64,000 nt of DNA from the human T2T-CHM13v2.0 reference genome, Homo sapiens, in assembly GCF_009914755.1 (NCBI RefSeq), contig NC_060929.1; one strand, given 5' to 3'. A model generated the notes under the pieces. That model was not told the DNA's origin. It did not search any database and saw nothing but the letters and a program-made list of their open reading frames with translations. Positions 16,401 through 34,410 of this stretch are shown piece by piece. Numbering within the stretch: position 1 is the stretch's first letter; the number at the start of each line of letters is the position of its first letter. A program made the translations under genes and the position numbers.

Positions 16401-17362
16401 GAGTGGCTAAATTTGGGGGAATTGGTGGATAGGAAAGACCTTGAAAAGTGATGTGTAGATGAAAACACAAGGTATGGATGTTGGTTACAGAGTTCAGTTT
16501 TAACAAGGGAAATTTGGGGATTTTTTTTTTTTTACTTGCATGTTCTATGGGTAGCTATCAAAGGGTGTAACAAATTATTCCAGCTTTTCCCAATACTAAT
16601 TATATTGGTTTTAAAAAGTCTGCATAATCACTAGGTGGCATTTTCCCTTCATTTGTGAACCAAGAGGGGTAAATGATGCTACCCATACAGTGACTTCTGA
16701 GTTCTTTAACTTTGACAGAATCTCCATTGTTTCATTGAATTTCTCATTGTATTATATGTCTTTCCAAGTGTGCAAACTATAATATGTAGTTAATGAAAAA
16801 TGGAAGGCTGCAGATTATTTTGCATGAATAATTAATTGCCCATTAGGGCTAAGGAGACTGACATGATTTTTATCGGTTCTGGGTAAATGAAAATTTTAAT
16901 GGAAAACTCATTCACCATTTACTAGCTTTGTGCAATATTATAAAAGGTAGAAGCAAAACACTAGCACATTGTGCTTTGCTTGGCTTGTAAGGATGGCTTT
17001 AGTACCATTACATTAAATGGACAGTGTGCACAGTGTATTGTAAATGCCAACTCTTGCAAATTTACAATACTTAAATATGTTCAATTAACATCCTAAAGTA
17101 TTAAAAGTACAGAGGAAAAACTAAGCAAGCATTTATAGCAATACCATGAAATCTCCAGTAATCGTTTTGACTGTTGCCTTTTGCTCTTTAGTGCAGCTTT
17201 TCTGCATTGTAATTGTATTGCTTTGTATTTCATGTTTTTTACACTCATGACTTCAGAGTTAAGTACTTGTACACCAAGTATTGCAATCACCTTTCTCTTG
17301 TTGTACATGCAATGTAACAACCTACAGTTTTGGTGCTTTTAACAATATTCCTCTTTTTCTTT

Positions 17363-17368
17363 AATAAA
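17363..17368 (+). terminator. JMY: JMY polyadenylation signal AATAAA
   Basis: AATAAA with upstream UGUA motifs (tgta at ~17269, 17302, 17313) and a downstream GU-rich element (ttttgtttgttt 17393-17404). Confidence 0.8.
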
Positions 17369-18268
17369 GGATATTTATTTGAATTAACCTGATTTTGTTT
17401 GTTTAAAATATCAGTGGTACATATTTTCACTTCATTTCAAATAGGAGGACCATAGCAAATTGTATATCTGTTATGACAAAAGTTATAACATGGAGAACAG
17501 GATCCAGAGACCATCCATGCCTGTATTTCTGCCTCTTCCTGAGCGCTGTTTGTTGTGACATATTTTGATGGCAACTTTCTTTGTGCTATTAATGAACTTT
17601 CTCATTGTTTATAAATATTCACAAAGTTTGGAAGTGCTGACTTCCAAATTGGAAAATTTTTAAATGGGGGTGGGGAGAGGCAGAAAAATATTTATAAAGT
17701 TACACACTCAGATCAAATAGATCAAAATCTCAAAAATAGAACAGAAAAGAAAAGAAGAAACATAGATCCCCACCAATGCCTCAGCAGTTGTTTGTCTCAC
17801 TTCCAGTGATACCCTGAAAACTGTAGTATCTGAAATTTTCCCTTAGTCTCAGGAATTTCTACTTACACGCTTTCAGAGCTAGAACATTCCAGTGACCGCA
17901 GCCAGTTTGATCTCTTTCCACCCTCAGTAAATGTCTTGCCATATTCCTCTGGTGATCTGGAGCCCTTTATATTGAAATGTGCAATAATGATTTTACCAAG
18001 TCATTGCAAGCTTATGAGGAAAATATGGTTTTGAGGAAAAGCCTTAAACAATTAAATATACTGGCCAATTTCTGTCAGAACTGTTTAATACCAAGAACAA
18101 TTGAAAGGTTATTCATCCCCAAGTGCATCAACAGATGTTTTGTGTAATGAAAGACTGGTGAGAGATTGGAAAACTCCACAAGAAACCTTATATTGTTTGT
18201 AAACATTTTTCAATGGAAGGGAAGTATAGCAGGAATTAATCATATGGTTATTCTTAAAACTTTGTATA

Positions 18269-18707
<439 letters not shown>

Positions 18708-19379
18708 CTAGCCATCCTAGGCATATTATTTTCTGATATGCCTAGGACATGTGACATTATATGTGTATTCAAAATTACATTATACAGATGCCATACAGTG
18801 GTTCTCTGAGATGAAGTAGTCCAGGTGGCAACAACATTCCATGTTATAGACCAAAATGATCTTTTTCATGCTTAAAGACCCAAACTTCTGGGATCTTACT
18901 TGAGTAAGTAAGTATTCAAGTTATTCTGGTGGCTCAAATATCCTTTTAGAGGAATTATTTGGTCTTCCCTATAGGCCACTTTGTGACCCACCTCTTTTCA
19001 GAAACAGGATGGCTTACCTGTGCAACAAGCTCGTGGGTCAGTCCCACAATTTCTGAAACACAGGATTAACTCTGGAACTTCCAAGAGTTGTCAGAAAATG
19101 CAACCAAACATTTATTGTGACCCAGCACTTGCTGAAAGGTTTTCTAATGCCAATTCCAACTTTGCCTACCGTTATCTAACTTTTGTCATTGCATCAAGTT
19201 GACTTATCAGAAGGCAGTACTTCAGCATCATCTCAACCCCAGTCATGCTTTCACTCCGTTACATAGAAGCGTGATGATTTGGCTTTCATGGATGGTTGAA
19301 ACAAAAAATATCTAAGTATTTCTAGGCTTCTTTCATAACTCTTCCCTCTCTGCCTAGTTACTCTTTCTCATGGTTCCAG

Positions 19380-20070
19380 ATGACATCTCTCTCATCATGA
19401 CTCCATGTCCTCGCCTCTTCTCAGTTCACTGTATGTACGCAGGTCCATATGTGTTCAGTTGCCTAGTGACCTCTTTCTTTGGAAGCCTCACACGTATCTG
19501 AAATATAACATGCCCAAAACAGTCCCCTTGACCCTATCACCATCAAAACCTGAACCCTAATTTTCCCACTTTTCCCCGTCTTTCACAATTCCTCCAGTTC
19601 TGCCTTTCAGAATTTAGAAGTTATCCTTGATACCTTTCTCAACCTCACTTCCCGGCTCCCATCCAAATCTCCCAGTCCTGTCATACCTAACTCTAATATA
19701 CACCTGGCACACACACACTTCTTTCTCTATCCCCTGCCACCCTTGGGTCCCAGCCTACGTCATCTATCCACTAGACGCTTCACTGGCTTCCTGCCCTGTC
19801 TTCCCACTGCTACTCTTGTCTGCCTGCAACTCATTCTATACCCACAACGTGGTGAGATCATGTCTCTCCCCTGCATAAAGCTCTCCAATTTCCACTGCAG
19901 TTGGAATAAAGCCATAAATTTCCTACCCATAATCTACAAGGAGATGTGATTTGGCCCCTGCTATCCACCCCACTGCTTACTGGGCTCCAGCCACATGTGT
20001 AATCTCTTTCTTACCTTAGGACCTGTGCGCAGACTCTGCCCTCTCCCTAGAATTGTTCACCTCCCTCCCT
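19380..20070 (+). mobile_element. LINE-2 fragment (appears to continue at ~20480-20640, after the MLT1)
   Basis: Pyrimidine-rich L2 3' motifs (cccactgctactcttgtctgcctgcaactcattcta; gtgatttggcccctgc; ctccagccaca). Confidence 0.65.
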
Positions 20071-20072
20071 TT

Positions 20073-20475
20073 TGTAAGTATGGCCAACTTGGTGTCTCCC
20101 AAAATTCATACTTTAAGTTCTAACCCCTAGTACCTCAGAACGTGTCCTTATTTGGAGATAGAGTCTTTACAGAGATAGTCAAGTTAAAGTGAGGTCATTA
20201 AGGTAGACGCTAATCTAATATGACTGATGTCTTTATGAAAACGGAAATTTGGACACAGACATTTATAGAAGAAGGAAGAAACACCAGAAAAGGTGATCCA
20301 TAAGCCAAGGAGAGGGGCCTCGAACAGATCCCTCCCTCACAGCCCTTAGAAGGAACCAATCCTGCTGACAACTTGATTTTGGACTTCTGACTTCCAGAAC
20401 AGTGAGACAGGGATTCCTGTTGCGTAAGCCAGCCAGCCTGTGCCCTTTGTTACAGCAGCCCTGGAAGCTAATGCA
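20073..20475 (+). mobile_element. MLT1 (MaLR) solo LTR, MLT1B-like
   Basis: ctaacccctagtacctcagaa...ttatttggagatagagtcttt...ttggacttctgacttccagaac...ttgttacagcagccct. Confidence 0.85.
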
Positions 20476-20819
20476 TCATCATTGAGCCTTCCACTGAGAT
20501 GCCAGCTCCTCACAGAGGACTTCCTGCTTTTCCTCAAGTAACTCCCCTGTTATCCTCTATGTCGGCCCCTTGTGTGGCAGAGCCTGCTCACCAGATGTCC
20601 CATCAACTGCCCCCTACATCTACTAGCACCGTTGCTGATAAAGAGCCTTGTAACTAATTCTACCCGGTGAGATGAAAAAGCAAATAACGTGCATCACTTT
20701 CAGCCTGAGATAGGAAAGTCCAAGATTGCACCAATCTTTCTCTTCTTTTGTGGCAAATGAAGAGGGCTCGTGCACTACCAGGTAGTATAGCCTCCTTTGA
20801 GATTGCGGCAAAGAACAAG

Positions 20820-22625
<1,806 letters not shown>

Positions 22626-22894
22626 ATATAAAAAGTTTTTTAAAAGCTCTAACACAGGGCTTTTTATTAAAATTCTAGAAATTACTTCTGGAATTTAGTT
22701 GCCAAAAAGTTTTTTTCTCCACAAAATAATTAGCGTTCTTGCTCTACAAAACAATGAGAACCATATAATCTAACATGCTTTACTTTTTTTTATTAGCTGG
22801 CAAGAATTACAAGCTAAATTTAGTGCTCCAATGGAAAAGCCAACTCATCTCAGACTTCTGGGTTACACAGTTCTGTGCTCCCTTTAATTGGCTT

Positions 22895-22911
22895 TGTGTG
22901 TGTGTGTGTGT
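22895..22911. repeat. (TG)n microsatellite
   Basis: Read directly from the sequence. Confidence 0.9.
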
Positions 22912-23019
22912 TTTGTAAACTCTCCTGCCCTAGGTATTTTAACATTTTAAATGTTCTCCTTTGAGAAGTGGGATTGCATTTTTTCAAGTTACTTTGAAAA
23001 AAGCTGCTTCAAAATAGCA

Positions 23020-23550
<531 letters not shown>

Positions 23551-23889
23551 TCTCCTAAAGATGTGATGCCAAAATTATTCACAAAGGACTACAAAGATCT
23601 GAGTAATTTAAAAGCAAAAACCTCTGAGGCTAAAATATATGCTCTTGGACAGATCTGAAAAAGCATCAGTAATCATCTACATGTCCTTATATAAAAGAAA
23701 TGGGAATTGTTTCATTCACATGTCACAAAATGAATGTTATTCAATAGGGAACACTTTAAGTTAACAATAAAAACAAAGAAAAATCCCTACCTTCATGTCT
23801 GCTCTTTGTAGAACTGGGTGCAATTGAAGAATGTGGAATTTCTATTTTCTGACTGACTTTCTGTGGAACTGCATCCTAAACAATCACTG

Positions 23890-24013
23890 ATGGCTCTCAC
23901 CTGTGATCCCAGCACTTTCAGAGGCCAAGGTGGATCACCTGAGCCCAGGAGTTCGAGACCAGCTTGGGCAACGTGGCGAGACCCCCATCTCTATTTAAAA
24001 AAAAAAAAAAAGA
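23890..24013 (+). mobile_element. FLAM/Alu monomer
   Basis: Left-arm motifs plus poly-A. Confidence 0.85.
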
Positions 24014-25254
24014 AACTATTTTAAAAATATGATGAACACAAAAGATCTTGGAGTTAAATACAGTGGATTAAAACATGATTTTCTTGATACTCCCTCCTAA
24101 GGCCCTAGCATGGCAGCAGAGAGACAAAGAACAAAGGGGAGAAAGTGACGGATGCATGAAGGGGAAATGACTTAGCCGACTAGAGGCAGCTGACCTGAGG
24201 GTCTGCAGTGCAGCCCTGCGGCCCAGCACTCGGAGGCACTGTGTTCTTTGGAAGGTGGGGTTGAAGGACAAAGTTGAAAAAAGGGACTGGTGGAAAATTT
24301 GAAGCAGGAGCAGTTAGACCCTTCCCCTCTTCCATGCCCTCCCTTCCCACTGCAAGACACTAGAGTTCATTTTCTGGACAAAATGAGCCAGAGGAGATCT
24401 GGACTCAACCAACAGGAACAAGAGGAGGTTGAAGGTAACATGGAACACTGGAGGACTCCGTTATTAATAAAGTCTGCTGCCAGAGCCGTGAGACTCCTGG
24501 CTGCCCTCTCCTGCCTGGTTCTGGGAGGGCACTCAGCCAAACACATACACCCGGTGGGTCTGGAAGACCCTCCCTGGAAACGCTAAATGGCCCCAGAAGA
24601 GACCTCCACATGTTGTTTGTGTTGGGGGTGAGGGGAAGGTTTGTGACATGACACAGCTGGCATCCCACCCAATCTCTCTGAAGATGTCGATCCCCAAAGC
24701 CACCAGTCAGTCAGCGTCCCCACCCCAGAGCTCCAGCATCTCACTGTAGAACAGAAGCAGACCACTTAAGAGTCACAGTGGCATTTTCAGAAAGTGTCCA
24801 TACCATGGACACAAACAGACTGAAGAAAGCAATTCTGAGAAAACACAGACATTCAGAAACTAGGGGGAAAAAAAGTTTAATTAAAATTATTTTTAATCAG
24901 AAAAAAATGAGGTGAGATACTGTATCTATGAAACAAGAATGTGTTGCAATAAAAAGGAATATTCTGAGAACAAGGAACCACACTTAGAAACTAAAACTAT
25001 GAGAGCTAAAATTACAAATTAAACACAAAGTTTAAAAGTACAGCCAGAAACTCCTAAAGCTGAATAAGCAACCAAAGACCTGAACAACAGAAAAGACAAC
25101 CAGAGGATGAGTTCCCAAACCCACATTCGATTACTGCCGCCAGGGAAAGGAAAATAGAGGGGAGAAAATAATCAAAGAAATGATTTCAGAAACTCACAGT
25201 TCTGCTTGCAGCAATTCGAGTTGGGCTTCCTTTCATGGGCAGCAGAAGATTCCC

Positions 25255-25909
<655 letters not shown>

Positions 25910-25919
25910 TGAGGAGGAA

Positions 25920-28900
25920 TTTTTTTTTTTTTTTTTTTATACTTTAAGTTCTACAGTACATGTACACAACATGCAGGTTTGTTACGCAGGTATACATGTG
26001 CCATGTTGGTTTGCTGCACTCATTAATTCATCACTTACATTAGGTATTTCTCCTAATGCTCTCGCTCCCCTACCCCCCAACCCACGACAGGCCCCCATGT
26101 GTGATGCTCCCCTTCCTGTGTCCAAGTCTTCTTATTGTTCACTTCCCACCTATGAGTGAGAACATGCGGTGTTTGGTTTTCTGTCCTTGTGACAGTTTGC
26201 TCAGAATGATGGTTTCCAGCTTCATCCATGTACCTGCAAAGGACATGAACTCATCCTTTTTTATGGCTACATAGTATTCTATGGTGTGTATGTGCCACAT
26301 TTTCTTAATCCAGTCTGTCATTGATGGACATTTTGGTTGGTTCCAAGTTTTTGCTATTGTAAATAGTGCCACAATAAACATATGTGTGCATGTGTCTTTA
26401 TAGTAGCATGATTTATAATCCTTTGGGTATATACCCAGTAACGGGATGGCTGGGTCAAATGGTAATTCTAGTTCTAGATCCTTGAGGAATGGCCACACTG
26501 ACTTCCAAAATGGTTGAACTAGTTTACACTCCCACCAACAGTGTAAAAGCATTCCTCTCCAGCACCTGTTGTTTCCTGACTTTTTAATGATCGCCATTCT
26601 AACTGGTGTGAGATGGTATCTCATTGTGCTTTTGATTTGCATTTCTCTGATGACCAGTGATGATGAGCATTTTTTCATGTGTTTGTTGGCTGCATAAATG
26701 TCTTTTGAGAAGTATCTGTTCATATCCTTTGCCCACTTTTGGATGGGGTTGTTTGATTTTTTCTTGTAAATTTGTTTAAGTTCTTTGTAGATTCTGGATA
26801 TTAGCCCTTTGTCAGATGGGTAGACTGCAAAAATTTTCTCCCATTCTGTAGGTTGCCTGTTCACTCTGATGGTAGTTTCTTTTGCTATGCAGAAGCTCTT
26901 TAGTTTAATTAGATCCCATTTGTCAATTTTGGCTTTTGTTGCCATTGCTTTTGGTGTTTTAGTCATGAAGTCCTTGCTCAGGCCTATGTCCTGAATGGTA
27001 TTGCCTAGGTTTTCTTCTAGGGTTTTTATGATTTTAGGTCTAATATTTAAGTCTTTAATCCATCTTGAATTAATTTTTGTATAAGGTGTAAGGAAAGGAT
27101 CCAGTTTCAGCTTTCTACATATGGCTAGCCAGTTTTCCCAGCACCATTTATTAAATAGGGAATCCTTTCCCCATTGCTTGTTTTTGTCAGGGTTGTCAAA
27201 GATCAGATGGTTGTAGATGTGTGGTGCTATTTCTGAGGCGTCTGTTCTGTTCCATTGGTCTATATATCTGTTTGGTACCAGTACCATGCTGTTTTGGTTA
27301 CTATAGCCTTGTAGTATACTTTGAAGTCAGGTAGCTTGATGCCTCCAGCTTTGCTCTTTTTGCTTAGGATTGTCTTGGCAATGTGGCTTTTTTGGTTCCA
27401 TATGAACTTTCAAGTAGTTTTTTCCAATTCTGTGAAGAAAAGTCATTGGTAGCTTGATGGGCATGGCACTGAATCTAGAAATTACCTTGGGCAGTATGGC
27501 CACTTTCACGACATTGATTCTTCCTATCCATGAGCATAGAATGTTCTTTCATTTGTTTGTGTCCTCTTTTATTTCATTGAGCAGTGGTTTGTAGTTCCCC
27601 TTGAAGAGGTCCTTCACATCCCTTGTAAATTGGATTCCTAGGTATTTTATTCTCTTTGTAGCAGTTGTGAATGGGAGTTCACTCATGATTTGGCTCTCTG
27701 TCTGTTACTGGTGTATAGGACTGCTTGTGATTTTTGCACATTGATTTTGTATCCTGAGACTCTGCTGAAGTTGCTTAACAGCTTAAGGAAATTTGGGGCT
27801 GCAACGATGGGATTTTCTAAATATACAATCATGTCATCTGCAAACAGGCACAATTTGGCTTCCTCTTTTCCTAACTGAATACCCTTTATTTCTTTCTCTT
27901 GCCTGATTGTCCTGGCCAGAACTTCCAACACTATGTTGAATAGGAGTGGTGAGAGAGGGCATCCCTGTCTTGTGCTAATTTTCAAAGGGAATGCTTCCAG
28001 TTTTTGCCCATTCAGTATATTGGCTGTGGGTTTGTCACAAATAGCTCTTATTATTTTGAGATACATTCCAACCATACCTAGTTTATTGAGAGTTTTTAGC
28101 ATGAAACGATGTTGAATTTTATCGAAGGCCTTTTCTGCATCTATTGAGATAATCATGTGGTTTTTGTTGTTGGTTTTGTTTATGTGATGGATTACGTTTA
28201 TTGATTTGCGTATGTTGAACCAGCCTTGCATCCCAGGGAGGAAGCTGACTTGATCATGGTGGATAAGCTTTTTGATGTGCTGCTGGATTCGGTTTGCCAG
28301 TATTCTATTGAGGATTTTTGCATCGATGTTCATCAGGGATATTGGTCTAAAATTCTCTTTTTTTATTGTGTCTCTGCCAGGCTTTGGTATCAGGATGATG
28401 CTGGCCTCATAAAATGAGTTAGGGAGGATTCCCTCTTTTTCTATTGATTGGAATAGTTTCAGAAGGAATGGCACCAGCTCCTCTTTATACCTCTGGTAGA
28501 ATTTGGCTGTGAATCCATCTGGTCCTGGACTTTTTTTGGTTGGTAGGCTATTAATTATTGCCTAATTTCAGAGCCTGTTATTGGTCTATTCAGAGGTTCA
28601 ACTTCTTCTGATTTAGTCTTGGGAGGGTGTATGTGTCCAGTAATTTATCTGTTTCTTCTAGATTTTCTAGTTTATTTGTATAGAGGTGTTTATAGTATTC
28701 TCTGATGGTAGTTTGTATTTCTGTGGGATCAGTGGTGATATCCTCTTTATCAGTTTTTATTACATCTATTTGATTCTTCTCTCTTTTCTTCTTTATTAAT
28801 CTTGCTAGTGGTCTATCAATTTTGTTGATCTTTTCAAGAAACCAGCTCCTGGATTCATTGATTTTTTGAAGGTTTTTTTTGTGTCTCTATCTCCTTCAGT

Positions 28901-31284
28901 TCTGCTCTGATCTTAGTTATTTCTTGCCTTCTGCTAGCTTTTGAATTTGTTTGCTCTTGCTTCTTTTGTTCTTTTAATTGTGATGTTAGGGTGTCAATTT
29001 TAGATCTTTCCTGCTTTCTCTTGTGGGCATTTAGTGCTATATATTTTCCTCTACATACTGCTTTAAATGTGTCCCAGAGATTCTGGTATGTTGTATCTTT
29101 GTTCTCATTGGTTTCAAAGAACATTTTTATTTCTGCCTTCATTTCGTTATTTACCCAGTAGTCATTCAGGAGCAGATTGTTCAGTTTCCATGTAGTTGTG
29201 CAGTTTTGAGTGAATTTCTTAATCCTGAAGTCTAATTTGATTGCACTGTGGTCTGAGAGACAGTTTGTTGTGATTTCTGTTCTTTTACATTGGCTGAGGA
29301 GTGCTTTACTTCCAACTATGTGGTCAATTTTGGAATAAGTGCGATGTGGTGCTGAGAAGAATGTATATTCTGTTGATTTGGGGTGGAGAGTTCTGTAGAT
29401 GTCTATTAGGTCCGCTTGGTGCAGAGCTGAGTTCAATTCCTGGATATCCTTGTTAACCTTCTGTCTCATTGATCTATCTAATATTGTCAGTGAGGTGTTA
29501 AAGTCTCCCACTATTATTGTGTGGGAGTCTAAGTCTCTTTGTAGGTCTCTAAGGACTTGCTTTATGAATCTGGGTGCTCCTGGATTGGGTGCATATATAT
29601 TTATATATTTAGGATAGTTAGCTCTTCTTGTTGAATTGATCCCTTTACCATTATGTAATGGCCTTCTTTGTTTCTTTTGATGTTTGTTGGTTTAAAGTCT
29701 GTTTTATCAGAGACTAGGATTGCAATCCCTGCTTTTTTTTGCTTTCCATTTGCTTGGTAGATCTTCCTCCATCCCTTTATTTTGAGCCTATGTGTGTCTC
29801 TGCACATGAGATGGGCCTCCTGAATACAGCATACTGATGGGTCTTGACTCTTTATCCAATTTGCCAGTCTGTGTCTTTTAATTGGGGCGTTTAGTCCATT
29901 TACATTTAAGGTTAATATTGTTATGTGTGAATTTGATCCTGTCATTATGATGTTAGCTGGTTATTTCGCCCATTAGTTGATGCAGTTTCTTCCTAGCATC
30001 GATGGTCTTTACAATTTGGCATGTTTTTGCAGTGGCTGGTACTGGCTGTTCCTTTCCATGTTTAGTGCTTCCTTCAGGAGCTCTTGTAGGGCAGGCCTGG
30101 TGGTGACAAAATCTCTATCATTTGCTTGTCTGGAAAAGATTTTTTTTCTCCTTCCCTTATGAAGTTTAGTTTGCCTGGATATAAAATTCTGGGTTGAAAA
30201 TTCTTTCCTTTAAGAATGTTGAATATTGGCCCCCACTCTCTTCTGGCTTGTAGAGTTTCTGCTGAGAGATCCACTGTTAGTCTGATGGGCTTCCCTTTGT
30301 GGGTAATCTGACCTTTCTCTCTGGCTGCCCTTAACATTTTTTCCTTCATTTCAACCTTGGTGAATCTGACAATTATGTGTCTTGGAGTTGCTCTTCTCGA
30401 GGAGTGTCTTTGTGGTGTTCTCTGTATTTCCTGAATTTGAATGTTGGCCTGCCTTGCTAGGTTGGGGAAGTTCTCCTGGATAATATCCTGAAGAGTGTTT
30501 TCCAATTTAGTTCCATTCTCCCCATCACTTTCAGGTGCACCAATCAAATGCAGATTTGGTCTTTTCACATAGTCCCATATTTCTTGGAGGCTTTGTTCGT
30601 TTCTTTTTACTCTTTTTTCTCTAAACTTCTCCTCTTGCTTTATTTCATTAATTTGATCTTCAATCACTGATACCCTTTCTTCCACTTGATTGAATCAGCT
30701 ACTGAAGCTTGTGCATATGTCACGTAGTTCTTGTGCATGGTTTTTAGCTCCATCAGTCATTTAAGCTCTTCTCTACACTGTTTATTCTACTTAGCCATTG
30801 GTCTAATCTTTTTTCAAGGTTTTTAGCTCCCTTGCAATGGGTTCGAACATCCTCCTTTAGCTCAGAGAAGTTTGTTATTACCGACCATCTGAAGCCTACT
30901 TCTGTCAACTCGTCAGAGTCATTCTCTGTCCAGCTTTGCTCCATTGCTGGCGAGGAGCTCCGATCCTTTGGAGGAGAAGAGGCACTCTGGTTTTTGGAAT
31001 TTTCAGCTTTTCTGCTCGGTTTCTCCCCATCTTTGTGGTTTTATCTACCTTTGGTCTTTGATGCTGGTGACCTACAGATGCGGTTTTGGTGTGGATGTCC
31101 TTTTAGTTGATGTTGATGTATTCCTTTCTGTTTGTTAGTTTTCCTTCTAAGAGTCAGGTCCCTCAGCTGCAGGTCTGTTGGAGTTTGCTGGAGGTCCACT
31201 CTAGACCCTGTTTGCCTGGGTATCACCAGCAGAGGCTGCAGAACAGAAAATATTGCAGAACAGCAAATATTGCTGCCTGATCTC
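25920..31284 (-). mobile_element. L1PA (roughly PA5-PA7), ~5.4 kb, truncated in the 5' UTR, ORF1 and ORF2 disrupted
   Basis: ORF2 endonuclease start MTGSNSHITILTLNVNGLN (29945), RT with FADD (27683-28474), C-terminal part (26139-27287), ORF1 pieces (30074-31140), poly-T at 25920, TSD gaggagga(a)tttttttt at 25911 and 31285. Confidence 0.97.
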
Positions 31285-31397
31285 GAGGAGGATTTTTTTT
31301 AAAGGTAAGAGCCATTAGGACATACTTCTATGATGATTGAAAAAATAAATAGTAAAAGTAGCTTGAAATAGTAATTGTATTCCTATTTCTGAGGTAA

Positions 31398-32058
<661 letters not shown>

Positions 32059-32087
32059 TCACATTTATAATTAATAAAGAAAATGGA

Positions 32088-32963
<876 letters not shown>

Positions 32964-34289
32964 AGGTCAGTGACCTTATTAACCATTTGCTCAACAAGTA
33001 ATTTAATCATTCAACAGGATTCATTCAGCCCCCAGAATATGGCAGGGTACACGCATCTACAACGCTAGGTGATAGAGACAAGCTGCAAAGGCCAGGCTCT
33101 GCCCTCACCGTTCTCAGTAGGGTGGGAAGTTTTGGACACCTGTGTGAGACCCATGCAAGGCACCCACCATGGCTGAATCACAAGAGGTATCTGCTGCAGC
33201 CACAACACAGCAGGGACATCAGGAGAGGACAATGTGGCATAGAAAGCAAAGAGGGATCCACTGGGAAGAGGGTGTGGCCTCAGCCCTGCAGCACCTGGGG
33301 AAGTGCTGTCCCTCAGGAACCTAGTAGTCCCCCCAGAGGGTGCCGCTCTTATATGGGGGTTGACTGTCTTACAACCTGAAGTCTTCTGCCAAACTCTGCA
33401 ACTGATTTCCGGGAAATCTCTGTGAAGAGCAAAACATGTTACCAGCACAGTAGGTCAACCCCAGGGCGGAGCCCCCTGCTCACTTACACAACTGTCATTT
33501 CTGCCTCCCCTGGACCAGCACCGGCAGGACGCTCGCTGTGTGGCTTTCACTGGGAGAGAACATTGTGGCCCGCCAGGGGAGTGTCTCTGCCCCGGGAACT
33601 TGGCGCTCCTGCCCAGGTATTATAGAGCCGGGATGAGAGGAGAGGGTTAGGAACACCACTAAGACCTCAGCCCGCCAAGCCGCAGTTTGAAAATTCAAGC
33701 CGTGTTGGACTGAGTGTTAGTACAGTTTCCAGAAAGGCTAGTTTACTCCCTGGCACTGGAAGAATCTGATTCAACGTCAGTCCAGAATGTGCTGTGGTGA
33801 ATGTTCTCTCTATATAAAGTATCTCCTATTTCAACAGCCATCATGGGAAAAAAAATCTATGAAAAGTAAAAGGAGCAGCAATGAGTGAGAAGCACTGCTC
33901 AGTCACAGCAAATGTTCCCACCCAAGAAATAATTTTATTCTATTTTTGCAAATGCAAATAAGAATGGAAATTTAACATGGTCACTTTCACCGTGGAGCAG
34001 GCTTTTATAACTGCTGCCGAGTTCCGCAATCATCATAAATGCCTCTCATTCACTCACATGCTAAGCTTGACCCTCACGCGTCCTCGCAGCACATCCGAGA
34101 CTTCGGTGTCTTTCTCCCAGCTAGAAGCCTGCCATTTTCCAGCTTCTGTTTTGCACAAATGCAGCAAGCTAAGCAGCTTAGGTTTAGGATCTGGGTTTAG
34201 ACAGTGAAAGATTTTGAGTTGCACTTTTTCAGCCTGTCGTGGAGAGAGCGTGGTGAAGGGGCAACTCCTGGAGGGCCGTGGCTTTTCGT

Positions 34290-34410
34290 CCTGTGTGCCC
34301 TGAGGCCAGTCACTTAGCTTCTCGGGGCCTCAGTTTCCTCCTTCAGGACATGAGGAGGTTGGACAGTAGACTCTCTGAGGTTTCTTCCAAAAACTACAAC
34401 CTATGATTCT
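34290..34410 (+). mobile_element. MIR fragment
   Basis: ctgtgtgccct...agtcacttagcttctc...gcctcagtttcctc core. Confidence 0.7.

Larger units (their letters stand above)
11783..17390 (+). other. JMY: JMY non-coding terminal exon (~5.6-kb 3' UTR)
   Basis: Donor |gtaaac at 6512, 3 nt after the stop; acceptor ttttgtttgtaaacag| ending 11782; long repeat-poor AU-rich stretch ending at a poly(A) signal; agrees with recalled JMY structure. Confidence 0.8.

Noticed and set aside
24068-24765. Cluster of short ORFs including a 98-aa one, with AATAAA near 24466
   Set aside because: Non-ATG start, no homology recognised, and the hexamer lies inside the ORF.
26139-30685. Long L1 ORFs (382, 263, 218, 203 and 114 aa) as an active reverse-transcriptase system
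   Set aside because: Fragments of one L1PA broken by frameshifts and stops and lacking its promoter; a well-known element that cannot retrotranspose autonomously.
33432-33441. p53 half-site-like AAACATGTT(A/T) motifs here and near 8118 and 46542
   Set aside because: Isolated half-sites with no adjacent second decamer.
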